Below are positions 1 to 8,961 of a stretch of DNA of 64,000 bases, in pieces; position 1 is the stretch's first letter; every line of letters starts with the position of its first letter. The notes under the pieces were generated by a model. It saw only the letters and a program-made list of their open reading frames with translations. It did no database searches and had not been told where the DNA came from. The stretch lies in the NCBI GenBank assembly GCA_045863335.1, contig BTVY01000028.1, positions 34,009 through 98,008 on the forward strand. The letters are read 5' to 3'. The position numbers were made by a program, and so were the translations under genes. Origin of the DNA: Candidatus Hydrogenedentota bacterium. GTDB taxonomy: Bacteria > Hydrogenedentota > Hydrogenedentia > Hydrogenedentales > SLHB01.

Positions 1-159
1 TCCCGCAAGAACCACGGCGGACTTGTTCCGCGCCATGGTGTCGCCCTGGACCGGTTTCTCCGCAGCGGCCGTGGTCAGCGCGACGCCTCCAGCGGTAAGA
101 GCCGATGCCTGCATGAACGCGCGACGCGAAAGTTCAAAATGTTCCCCCTGAGATGACAT
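1..159 (-). CDS. N-terminus of a Tat-exported protein (truncated by window edge)
   Basis: Own translation from ATG at 159: MSSQGEHFELSRRAFMQASALTAGGVALTTAAAEKP...; SRRAFM twin-arginine motif plus hydrophobic stretch; divergent from the gene at 313. Confidence 0.7.
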   Translation of the reverse strand, partial: MSSQGEHFELSRRAFMQASALTAGGVALTTAAAEKPVQGDTMARNKSAVVLAG

Positions 160-312
160 GGCAGAATTCCCCCATGTGTGGCGTGCCCCCACCATCATGG
201 TAGACCGAATCGGATCGTCTGGCAAGAGGCATTTGGGGTAGAATGACCGTGGCGCCGGTTTGGGGGAAAACCACGCGTTGGCGCGTGGACCGGTGCAACG
301 GGGGGCAATACC

Positions 313-1839
313 ATGTGTTGCATGCACTTGAACCGGCGGCAATTTCTTGGGGTTTCCACGGGCGCTCTGGCAGGCGCGGCCCTGTTCGGTCCCATGGCGG
401 GGCTGGCTTCGGCGGCCCCGGCGTGGGCGGATGACTATTGGGACCCGTCGCGGCCCTACCAACGCTGGACCCGGCCCACGCGGGTGCAACCGGTGCTCAT
501 GTACCGCACGCCGCAACGGCGCGAACAGACTTCGTGGAAATCCTGGGGCGGTGTGCAGACGCACGAAGCCGCCGACGAGGAAGCCAACCGGATCGCGGGT
601 GAACTCGCAGACCTTGCCAAACGCGCGGACTTTCCACTCGAAATCCTGCCAGTCATCAAAGTGACCTCCGAAGAAGAAACCGCGAAGGCGCAGAACACCG
701 ACGCGGAAGTCACCATCCTCTACCCTGCCACCGGATCCGGCAACATGCTGCGCGGCTGCGTACGCCCGAACCGCACCATCGTTTTCGTCCGCCACCGGTC
801 TGGTCCCTCCTACTACTGGTACGAAGCGCTGAGCACGCGCTATCTGAAGCCGAACACGCTCGAAGAAGATCCGGAGAACCGGCCCCTTTCCGTGGACGAT
901 GTCGTCGTGGACGAACCGGACGAGTTGCTCTGGCGGTTGCGGGCGTTGCATGCGGTGGACAGCTTCCGCGGCGCGCGCATCGTGGCCCTTGGCGGGCCCA
1001 TGGGCAAGTATGCGCCGGAAGCGCCGGACGTGGCGCGCGAGCGGTATGGACTCGATATCGTCGACTTCACCTATGAGGAACTGGAGCGGCGCATTCAGGA
1101 AGTGATGGCGGACGCGACGCGAATGGCGCCGTCGGAGCGTTGGGCCGACGCCTTCCTCGCCATGCCGGAGACTACGCTGCAAACCGATCGCGGATTCGTC
1201 GTGCGGGCCTTCATGCTTTACGGGCTTTTCAAAGACATCATGCGCGAACACGACGCTTCCTTGTTCACCATCCAGCAATGCATGAGCACCATCATGCCCA
1301 TGTCGCAGACGACGGCGTGCCTGACGCTCGGCCTGCTGAACGACGAAGGCCTCGTCGCCTTTTGCGAATCCGACTTCGTGGTCATCCCCGCGGGCATCCT
1401 GCTCAATTGCATTGCCGGTAAGCCAATCTTCATGCACAACTCGACGTTCCCGCACAAGGGGATCGTGACCTGCGCCCACTGCGCTTCGCCGCGCCGGATG
1501 AACGGCGACCGTTACGAGCCGCTCATCGTGACCACCCACTACGAGTCCGAGTACGGCGCCGCGCCGAAGGTGGAATTCCCCGTTGGCCAGGACGTGACCT
1601 TTATCGATCCCGAGTATGCAACGAACCGGTGGCTCTGCATGACGGGGACCGTCGAGGACAATCCCTTCCTGGAAATCTGCCGTTCGCAACAGGACGTCCG
1701 CATCCACGGCGACTGGAAGAAGCTGATCAACGAAGTGCGCGACTCCCATTGGATGATGTGCTACGGCGACTACCGGAAGGAAGTCGCGTATGCCGCGCCC
1801 CGGGTCGGCATCGCGCTGGATTTGATTGCCGAAGTGTGA
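313..1839 (+). CDS. Tat-exported L-fucose/L-arabinose isomerase-like protein
   Basis: NRRQFL Tat signal. C-terminal motifs CM..TACL..LLNDEG..AFCESD, AHC, CRSQ and HWMMCYGD resemble the FucI-like (COG2407) family. Confidence 0.6.
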   Translation: MCCMHLNRRQFLGVSTGALAGAALFGPMAGLASAAPAWADDYWDPSRPYQRWTRPTRVQPVLMYRTPQRREQTSWKSWGGVQTHEAADEEANRIAGELADLAKRADFPLEILPVIKVTSEEETAKAQNTDAEVTILYPATGSGNMLRGCVRPNRTIVFVRHRSGPSYYWYEALSTRYLKPNTLEEDPENRPLSVDDVVVDEPDELLWRLRALHAVDSFRGARIVALGGPMGKYAPEAPDVARERYGLDIVDFTYEELERRIQEVMADATRMAPSERWADAFLAMPETTLQTDRGFVVRAFMLYGLFKDIMREHDASLFTIQQCMSTIMPMSQTTACLTLGLLNDEGLVAFCESDFVVIPAGILLNCIAGKPIFMHNSTFPHKGIVTCAHCASPRRMNGDRYEPLIVTTHYESEYGAAPKVEFPVGQDVTFIDPEYATNRWLCMTGTVEDNPFLEICRSQQDVRIHGDWKKLINEVRDSHWMMCYGDYRKEVAYAAPRVGIALDLIAEV

Positions 1840-1844
1840 TTGAT

Positions 1845-1877
1845 CGATTGGACCGATCAGACCGATCGGTCCGATCC
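1845..1877. repeat. GACCGATC-type short tandem/inverted repeat
   Basis: GGACCGATC (1850-1858) and GATCGGTCC (1864-1872) form a perfect inverted repeat within repeated GACCGATC units just after the stop codon. Confidence 0.55.
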
Positions 1878-1967
1878 GGCTGTTCCGTCCGATTGGCTCA
1901 ATCACTCGATCCCTGCTACCCTGTGCGGAGCGGTTCCCAACCGATTCAGAAACTCTTGGAGTCTCCT

Positions 1968-3956
1968 ATGCGCCAGTCTGTCTCTCTTAGCCTCCTGATC
2001 CTCATTGCGGCCTCATCCATCGCTTCTGCCGAGGAATCCTACTACCGCGACATCTATCCCGACACCTGGGTCGCAACCGACGCGCTGGGCCGGACCATGC
2101 CGGATTTCGCAAGCGCGGGACCGGTCAAAGACGGACAACGGCGCGTGGTCGGTATCTTTTACATCACCTGGCACAGCGACGGACTGGCGAACCTGAAGAG
2201 TCCCTTCGCGGCCGACGTAACGCACATCCTCAACACCGACCCCGCCGCGCGCCTCGATGCGAAGAATCCCCTCTGGACGGAGGGCATGTACTTCTGGAGC
2301 GAACCGGAAGTGGGGTATTTTCTCAGCAAAGACGAGTATGTCATTCGCAAAGACATGTCCATGCTGGCCGATGCAGGCGTCGACGTGCTGGTCATGGACG
2401 TGACGAACGCCGTCCGCTATTGGGACGAATGGGACATCGTGTTCCCCGTGATGCAGAAGATGAAGGCCGAAGGCAACAAGGTGCCGCAGTTTTGCTTCTG
2501 GGCGTTTAACGGACCCGTCATCACGGTCGTTCAGGACTTGTACGACCGCATCTACAAGGAAGAGAAGTACAAGGACCTCTGGTTCCACTGGGACGGCAAG
2601 CCGCTGCTCCTCTACAACGGCAATCCGGCGTTCGATGCGAACGGCACGGGACCACAGAACCCGAACCCCCACTACGACCCCGCCGCGAAGGACGATCCGA
2701 ACCACCCGCACTACGGCGACCCGGATTATGCCGAAGAGTTTTACCAGGACTACACGAAGGAGGTAAAGGAATTCTTCACACTGCGCACCATGTGGTGGGG
2801 ATACTACAAGTGGGCGGGCGAACGGTTTATCGGCACGGAAGACAACTGGAGTTTCGGCTATGATCTCGGCAACGAAGAAGTCCGCAACATGGACCCCGCC
2901 GATCTGTTGTCCACCCACGAGGGCAAGAAAGAACAGGCGGCCGTAACGCCCGCGCAGCACCCCGTCAGTCTCGTCGGAAAGTCGTGGAGCCGCGAACGCG
3001 GCGAACCCGAGTTGAATGAATACGACCTGCCGGTGCCCACGTACGTGCCCTGGCTTGGCGAAACCGTCCAGCAACCGGAAGGCTATGGCATCTACTTCCA
3101 GGAACGCTGGGACGAAGCCATCGCCGCGGATCCGCAGTTCCTCTACATCAACGACTGGAACGAATGGACGGCGGGCAAGTATCACCCCGAAGAAGGCCAG
3201 ACCTTCAATTTCATGCGCCGCGAGGACAGCACGTTTCGCTTCATCGATCAGTACAACTCCGAGTTCAATCGCGGCATTCATCCCATGAAGGGCGGATACA
3301 CCGACAATTATTACATGCAAATGGCCCAGAACATTCGCCGGTACAAAGGCGTGCGGCCCATTCCGGAACTGAAGGGCGTCGCGCCCATCAAAGTCGACGG
3401 CGCGTTTGACGACTGGGCGAGCGTGGAGGTTGAGTATCGGGATACGGCCGGCGACACCTTTCACCGCGACTACAAGGGCTACGGCGGGTTGCATTACACC
3501 AACGACACCGGCCGCAACGACATCGTCACGTGCAAGGTCGGTGTTGGCGAGGAAACCATTGCATTCTACGCCGAGACACGCGAGGCGTTGACTCCACACA
3601 CGGTTCCAAACTGGATGCTGCTCTTTATCGACTCCGATCAAAATCACGAGACCGGTTGGTTCGGTTACGACTTCCTCGTGAACAAGACCACCAACGAGCA
3701 ATCGACTACCGTTCTGCGTTACGATGAATCGGCGCAGGATTGGAGCGAGGCGGGAGCCGCCGAGTATCGTTACGACGGCAACCGGCTCGAACTCGCCATC
3801 GCGCGGGAACTGCTGGGACTGAATGGCGACGTTGTCACCTTCGACTTTCACTGGAGCGACAATCCGGCGGAGTTAACCGACCCAATTGCGTTCTGTGTCG
3901 CCGGGGACAGCGCGCCCAACCGCCGGTTTAACTATCGCTGCATCTGGAACCGGTAA
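1968..3956 (+). CDS. Secreted GH99/GH71-like glycoside hydrolase with C-terminal beta-sandwich (CBM9/DOMON-like)
   Basis: Start reassigned to ATG 1968 (MRQSVSLSLLILIAASSIASA signal peptide, GGAG upstream). Motifs VGIFYITWH, FWSEPEVGY, MLADAGVD, WNEW; IKVDGAFDDW begins the C-terminal domain. Confidence 0.6.
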   Translation: MRQSVSLSLLILIAASSIASAEESYYRDIYPDTWVATDALGRTMPDFASAGPVKDGQRRVVGIFYITWHSDGLANLKSPFAADVTHILNTDPAARLDAKNPLWTEGMYFWSEPEVGYFLSKDEYVIRKDMSMLADAGVDVLVMDVTNAVRYWDEWDIVFPVMQKMKAEGNKVPQFCFWAFNGPVITVVQDLYDRIYKEEKYKDLWFHWDGKPLLLYNGNPAFDANGTGPQNPNPHYDPAAKDDPNHPHYGDPDYAEEFYQDYTKEVKEFFTLRTMWWGYYKWAGERFIGTEDNWSFGYDLGNEEVRNMDPADLLSTHEGKKEQAAVTPAQHPVSLVGKSWSRERGEPELNEYDLPVPTYVPWLGETVQQPEGYGIYFQERWDEAIAADPQFLYINDWNEWTAGKYHPEEGQTFNFMRREDSTFRFIDQYNSEFNRGIHPMKGGYTDNYYMQMAQNIRRYKGVRPIPELKGVAPIKVDGAFDDWASVEVEYRDTAGDTFHRDYKGYGGLHYTNDTGRNDIVTCKVGVGEETIAFYAETREALTPHTVPNWMLLFIDSDQNHETGWFGYDFLVNKTTNEQSTTVLRYDESAQDWSEAGAAEYRYDGNRLELAIARELLGLNGDVVTFDFHWSDNPAELTDPIAFCVAGDSAPNRRFNYRCIWNR

Positions 3957-3977
3957 CGATGCAAGGAGCTTAGACTG

Positions 3978-5759
3978 ATGACCTGTTCGAAGAATCCTTT
4001 TAATGTCTGCATCGCCTTATCGCTGCTGATCGTTGGCGGAGCGACGGCCACTGCACAAGGCACCATCGACGAGGCCATGGACGGACTGGTCACGCGCCTT
4101 TATGCGACACATTCGCTCGAGCAACTCTACAATCTCAGTCATGAAGAAGTACTCGGCGAATTGACGGAGGAAGAACGCGAAACCTTCGCAACCGGGTATT
4201 GGGCCTTTGATGTGAACGTCCCAGTCGTGGTGTCCCTCATGCGGCACGTGGACCAGGAAACGGTGCCCTTCTGGATTGAGCAGGCCGGTTTCAGCAAGAC
4301 CGGGATGATCGTGAAAAACGCGGAGGACTGGGAGTACGAGGTCTGGCAGAAGGCGTTTCCCGCGGGCCGCGTGGAACTGGGGATCAACGGGTTCGACAGC
4401 TATACGCGTCCCTACTTCGTCGCGGTCGGCGCACAGAATTCGGGCGACACGCTTGAACTCTCAAACTTCTATCCCGCTGATCAGATCGTGCTGGATATGC
4501 AGAAGGGCTCGATGATGTACAAGGACTGGACGGAACTTGTGCTCACGGAAGTGCCGGAATCCCTCGCCGGTCACAAGCTCCTTCCAACGTACCGGGGCCG
4601 CGCCAAGGAAGCGGGACTCGTCGGCTCCTTCCGCGAGACCCCGTTTCCGTCGACCATCGCGCCGGACCCCGTTTACCTGACCTGGAGCGACGACCCGCGC
4701 ACGACGCAAACCATCCAGTGGCGGACCGATGATGAGACCGAGGCCGGCGTCGTGCGGTATCGCGAAAGAGGAACCGCCGCGTTTCAGGAAGCCGTTGCCA
4801 CGTCGGAAATCATGGAAGACCGCATGCTGGCCAACGATCGGTATTGCCGTTTCCACACGGCGGTGCTGACCGACCTGAAACCGGCAACTACGTACGAATA
4901 TCAGGCGGGCAGTGCCGCGACGGACGCGTGGAGCGCCTTGACTGAGTTCACAACCGCGCCCAACGGTGCAGCGCCGTTTACCTTCTTCCATTGCAGCGAC
5001 ACGCACAGCAACGAGGAATGGGGCGCGGTTCTCGCGGATACCGTTGCACGACACCCGGAGGCCGCGTTCACGGTTATCTCCGGCGACTTGGTCGGGACCG
5101 GCATGGAGCGCGAAGACTGGGACATGACGCTCACCTACGGCGAACCCGCGTTCCACGCGCGCCCTGTAATGCCGGTAATCGGCAATCACGACGCGCAACT
5201 GGGCCTCGGCGCGGGAATGTATCTGGATATTTTCAACCTTCCAGAAAACGGTCCTGCTTCCATCACACCCGAAACGGCCTACACGTTCACGTATGGCGAT
5301 GCCGAGTTCTTCATGTTGAATGTGATGGACGACATCGAGCCGCAGCGTGATTGGCTGAAAGAGCGGTTGGCCGCGAGCGATGCGCGTTGGAAGATTGCGG
5401 TGTTCCATTTTCCGCTGTATGCGCGGGGTGAATCGTACCCGCACCTGCATGAAGCCTGGGGCACCTTGTTCGACCAGTACCACGTCGACCTCGTGCTCAC
5501 GGGGCACGTGCACTACTACCTGCGAACGCACCCCATGCGCGCGGGGCAACGCGCGGATTCGACCAACGACGGGACCGTCTACGTTACTTCGGTGTCCGTG
5601 CCAGCCCGTGAGTTCAAAAGCGAGCTGCCCGAGTTCGCCGCGGCGCTCGCGGACGGCGGGCTTCTGTGCAATGTGATTCGGATCGACGGCAACCGGCTGA
5701 CGTTCCGCGCACAGACCAAAGGCGGCGAGGTCAAGGACGAGTTCACGATCGAAAAATAG
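3978..5759 (+). CDS. Secreted purple acid phosphatase-like metallophosphoesterase (unknown N-domain, FN3, metallophos)
   Basis: Signal peptide; FN3-like LTDLKPATTYEY; metallophosphoesterase motifs SDTH, GDLV, GNHD, FHFP, GHVHYY; AGGAG RBS. Confidence 0.85.
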   Translation: MTCSKNPFNVCIALSLLIVGGATATAQGTIDEAMDGLVTRLYATHSLEQLYNLSHEEVLGELTEEERETFATGYWAFDVNVPVVVSLMRHVDQETVPFWIEQAGFSKTGMIVKNAEDWEYEVWQKAFPAGRVELGINGFDSYTRPYFVAVGAQNSGDTLELSNFYPADQIVLDMQKGSMMYKDWTELVLTEVPESLAGHKLLPTYRGRAKEAGLVGSFRETPFPSTIAPDPVYLTWSDDPRTTQTIQWRTDDETEAGVVRYRERGTAAFQEAVATSEIMEDRMLANDRYCRFHTAVLTDLKPATTYEYQAGSAATDAWSALTEFTTAPNGAAPFTFFHCSDTHSNEEWGAVLADTVARHPEAAFTVISGDLVGTGMEREDWDMTLTYGEPAFHARPVMPVIGNHDAQLGLGAGMYLDIFNLPENGPASITPETAYTFTYGDAEFFMLNVMDDIEPQRDWLKERLAASDARWKIAVFHFPLYARGESYPHLHEAWGTLFDQYHVDLVLTGHVHYYLRTHPMRAGQRADSTNDGTVYVTSVSVPAREFKSELPEFAAALADGGLLCNVIRIDGNRLTFRAQTKGGEVKDEFTIEK

Positions 5760-5795
5760 CGGCCTCGATTGCGTTGCCGATCGGCGGTCGCGCAG

Positions 5796-8129
5796 CTATT
5801 TCCCGCGAGTGAACGTGTACTCCTCCTCCAGAGCACCGCTCGCGTCCCAGCGTTTGGCGGCGCCCTCGGCGTGGAAGTCGCGCCAGGTGGATTCCGACTT
5901 GACGGCGCCGTTGGGCCACCACTGCGTCCATGTCGAGGTGCCGTCGGAATCATGATTCCATTGCCATTCGCGGCTGCCGTCGCGCCGGTATAGCGTCTCC
6001 TCCCCCACTTTCACGCCGCAATCGAAGTTCGCTTCGTATTGCACTGCGCCGTCTTCGTAGTAGCGCGTTTCCTTTCCATGCAGCAGGTAACGCCCGTCAT
6101 TGCCGATCCCCGCGGACCATTCGATCCGGTTTGGGCCATTCGGATATGTTTCGCTATAGGCGGATACATTGTCGACAGATGTTGCGGAGTTTTTCATCAG
6201 CAGTCCATCATCACTCGGCGTCTCATCGCCGGAAAGAATCCAGGCCTCGTTCATGGCGAGGTGAAGGCACGGCTCATTCATCGTGGTAATGAGATGGATG
6301 ACCCCGTTCTGTGCCTGACGCGCAACCGAATACCCGATCGTGTCCGCACCATTGTGTTTCTCGGGCGCCTCATGAGGCTGCGCTCCCGCCAGCTTCTTCA
6401 CGCGCCACGTCTCGCCGTCGTCGTCCGAAAGGGCGACGAATGACCCGCGCTGTTCGACGGTATCCGGCGCGGCGCCGTCGATACGCTGAAAATCGCCGCA
6501 GAAAAACAGTCGTCCACTCTGCAGGCGCAACACCGTGGGTCGCTGGTTTGATCCGTACGCGGGAAACTGCGTCGCGCTGACGTCCCACGTCGCGCCGCCG
6601 TCTTTCGAGATCGATTTCGGCATGTACCCGCTGATGTCGCTGCTCTTCCCGCCCATGCCGAGCAGCCTCATCCCGTCCTTGAGCAACACGATGGTCGTAT
6701 GACGGCCTCCCGTGCGGCCACCGGGATCCTGCCAGGTCTGCAGATTGTCCGCGCTCCGCCACAACACAGACGACGCGCCATCGCCGTCGCTGGGCAGGTA
6801 TACCGTCCCCGCCTTGTCGCGCACGACGGTATTGATCGGCTGCCGCGAGTGAGGACCAATCTCCGTGGTGAACTTCGGAAAATGCACCTCGCTCCACGTC
6901 GCGCCGCTGTCGGTCGACTCGATCCAGTTGAAGGGAAATCCGCCGAAAGCGCGCGTGCTGGAGAAGAAGAGCCGCACCGTGCCGCCTTCGGTCCACAAGA
7001 GCGGCGTATTGTCGCACGCGTCCGGCATGTCCACCAGCCGCGAGGGCATGTCCCACTGGTCCGCGCCGAACCGGAGCCGCGTCGCCATCAAGGACATGCC
7101 GGGCTCATATTCTCTCCACGAAGTGAAGGTGACCATAAGCAGATCGCCATTGGGCATGACTTCCACCGCCGGACTGTGGTTGTGCCCGCGGAACGACGCA
7201 TGCAATCCGAGCACGCGCATTTTTCGGATGTGCTTGGCAACGGCGGTGTCATCGAAACCCATCACCGATTCCGGTGGAGACGGTAGCAGGTAGCGTTTTC
7301 GAAAGTATGGTTGATCCGCGGGCGGACCCGCGGCGGCCGCGTCGCCGGTCGACTGTTTGACGCCCAAGCTCACTTCCGGGATCTCGCGGGGGTATGGATT
7401 CGTTTCGGGCAAGGCGCCACGAACGACACGAAAGCCTATCGGATGCTGTCCCGCGCCGGTGCGCGGTTCCGTAGGCCCGAAGGCCGGAGCCATGCCGGCC
7501 CGATTCGCGGCCCGCTGATAGTGAAACTCTCCCACGCCCGGCTCGGCATACCGCGAATCGTCGTCGATCTTTCCACCGCGAATGACGCGCGCCATGCCGC
7601 CGTCAGGCCCAATGGGATCGGTTTGCGCGGTTTCGGAGTATGCCCCGTGCCAATCGTAGCACCACTCGGGCACATCGTCGCACATCCCTTCCAAACCCAA
7701 CTTCCCCGATTCGCCGCCATCCCCGGGGCCGCCGCCGTTCAAACGGCACGCGTACTCCCACTCCGCCTCGGTCGGCAGCCGGTAGGTCTGCCCTTCCCGA
7801 TCGCTTAACCACGCACAGAAGGCCGTCGCCTCATACCAGCTCACGCCCGTCGCGGCACCGGACGCGGCCCTGCCGGAATGTTCCGGCCGAAACTGCCGGT
7901 AGAGTTCGAATGAAACCTCGTTGGTGGACATGTCAAAAGGTTGGGATAATGTGACTTCGTGAACTGGCGATTCGTCCCAATCACCGGCATCCGATCCCAT
8001 GGAGAAGGTCCCTGCCGGGATCGTGATGAAGGCCGTATCGGCAATCGCCGGTTCCGCGCCGGATGCGTGATTGAAACCACCCGCTGCCAACCCGGTCGCC
8101 GTCAGCAACGCGAACCACCACTTCCTCAT
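5796..8129 (-). CDS. Secreted FGE-sulfatase-like / BNR sialidase-like / MORN-variant repeat fusion protein
   Basis: Start set at MRKWWFALL (8129). FGE motifs FSMGS, RLPTEAEWEYAC, GFRVV; Asp-boxes STDSGATW, SKDGGATW, SDDDGETW; C-terminal HGKETRYYEDG / WWPNG repeats. Confidence 0.75.
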   Translation of the reverse strand: MRKWWFALLTATGLAAGGFNHASGAEPAIADTAFITIPAGTFSMGSDAGDWDESPVHEVTLSQPFDMSTNEVSFELYRQFRPEHSGRAASGAATGVSWYEATAFCAWLSDREGQTYRLPTEAEWEYACRLNGGGPGDGGESGKLGLEGMCDDVPEWCYDWHGAYSETAQTDPIGPDGGMARVIRGGKIDDDSRYAEPGVGEFHYQRAANRAGMAPAFGPTEPRTGAGQHPIGFRVVRGALPETNPYPREIPEVSLGVKQSTGDAAAAGPPADQPYFRKRYLLPSPPESVMGFDDTAVAKHIRKMRVLGLHASFRGHNHSPAVEVMPNGDLLMVTFTSWREYEPGMSLMATRLRFGADQWDMPSRLVDMPDACDNTPLLWTEGGTVRLFFSSTRAFGGFPFNWIESTDSGATWSEVHFPKFTTEIGPHSRQPINTVVRDKAGTVYLPSDGDGASSVLWRSADNLQTWQDPGGRTGGRHTTIVLLKDGMRLLGMGGKSSDISGYMPKSISKDGGATWDVSATQFPAYGSNQRPTVLRLQSGRLFFCGDFQRIDGAAPDTVEQRGSFVALSDDDGETWRVKKLAGAQPHEAPEKHNGADTIGYSVARQAQNGVIHLITTMNEPCLHLAMNEAWILSGDETPSDDGLLMKNSATSVDNVSAYSETYPNGPNRIEWSAGIGNDGRYLLHGKETRYYEDGAVQYEANFDCGVKVGEETLYRRDGSREWQWNHDSDGTSTWTQWWPNGAVKSESTWRDFHAEGAAKRWDASGALEEEYTFTRGK

Positions 8130-8145
8130 GATGCGCCCCTCGCCC

Positions 8146-8874
8146 TCAGTTTGTGTTCTTCCCATTCCAGGCCACGAGCCACCCTGCGATAAACGCGCCC
8201 TGCTTCTCGCGCACCGGTTCCGGGAAATGCACGTGATCGGCAAACAGGTTCTCGCCAATATTATTGGTAAAGGTGAAGAGGTCGATCATGGGGACGCCGG
8301 CTTCCGTCATGACGCGGTCGGCCACGTCGTTATAAGCCGCGCAATCGGCGGCAAAGCGATGAAAGATGCTGTTAGGATTGTTATGGATACTTTCGTCCAC
8401 GGGCGTCGTGCGCACCCACACGACTTTCATGTTCATCCGCTGTGCGGATGCCACGATCTTCTTCAGGTTTTCTTCATACTGGTCGATGGGCACCTGTTTC
8501 GCGCCGGTCAACGGCTCGGTCTTGATGTCGTGGAGCCCGCAATTAAGGACCAAGATATCCGCGCCGAGCCCCCCCGCCTTTTCCGCCGCTTCGACGAAGC
8601 GCAAGACCATGGACGAGTCGCCGCCGTTCGCTCCACGAGGCTCCGCTAAGCCCACGTTCTTCTCGCTCTCGTCCGCTTTGCGGTCGTAGTCCATGAACCC
8701 GCGCAAGTATTGCTGAAGATAGGGACCGTATTGGATGGAGATGCTGTCGCCGATAACGTAGACCTTGTTTAACTCCGCCTCCGCGCCGGTGTCACCTTCC
8801 TGTGCGATGGTGCACGGGGATAGGGCACTCCACAACATCGCAATCAGGGCTATCATCAATTTGTGATACCGCAA
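8146..8874 (-). CDS. SGNH/GDSL hydrolase (secreted esterase)
   Basis: GDSIS (block I), NCGLHD (block III), DHVH (block V); signal peptide; AGGAGGG upstream of the TTG start. Confidence 0.85.
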   Translation of the reverse strand: MRYHKLMIALIAMLWSALSPCTIAQEGDTGAEAELNKVYVIGDSISIQYGPYLQQYLRGFMDYDRKADESEKNVGLAEPRGANGGDSSMVLRFVEAAEKAGGLGADILVLNCGLHDIKTEPLTGAKQVPIDQYEENLKKIVASAQRMNMKVVWVRTTPVDESIHNNPNSIFHRFAADCAAYNDVADRVMTEAGVPMIDLFTFTNNIGENLFADHVHFPEPVREKQGAFIAGWLVAWNGKNTN

Positions 8875-8914
8875 AAGACTCCCTCCTTCTTAGGTCTAGC
8901 GCGCGAAGCGGATA

Positions 8915-8948
8915 CAAAGCGGCCACGCCTCGGCGTGGCCGCACTCCA
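8915..8948. repeat. REP-like palindrome, family A (GGAGTGCGG...GCTTT)
   Basis: CAAAGCGGCCACGCC-TC-GGCGTGGCCGCACTCCA; same ends as the copies at 34229 and 34392. Confidence 0.7.
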
Positions 8949-8961
8949 TACGGCGCAGATC

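Noticed and set aside
1629-1967. N-terminal extension of the 775-aa ORF
   Set aside because: Overlaps the upstream gene and an intergenic repeat; the signal peptide and RBS point to ATG 1968.
2013-3851. 612-aa minus-strand ORF (and similar long ORFs at 12598-13827, 26439-27557, 36343-37788, 48479-49912, 50961-52247, 58155-59870)
   Set aside because: Antisense shadows of well-supported genes, expected from high-GC codon bias; no motifs of their own.
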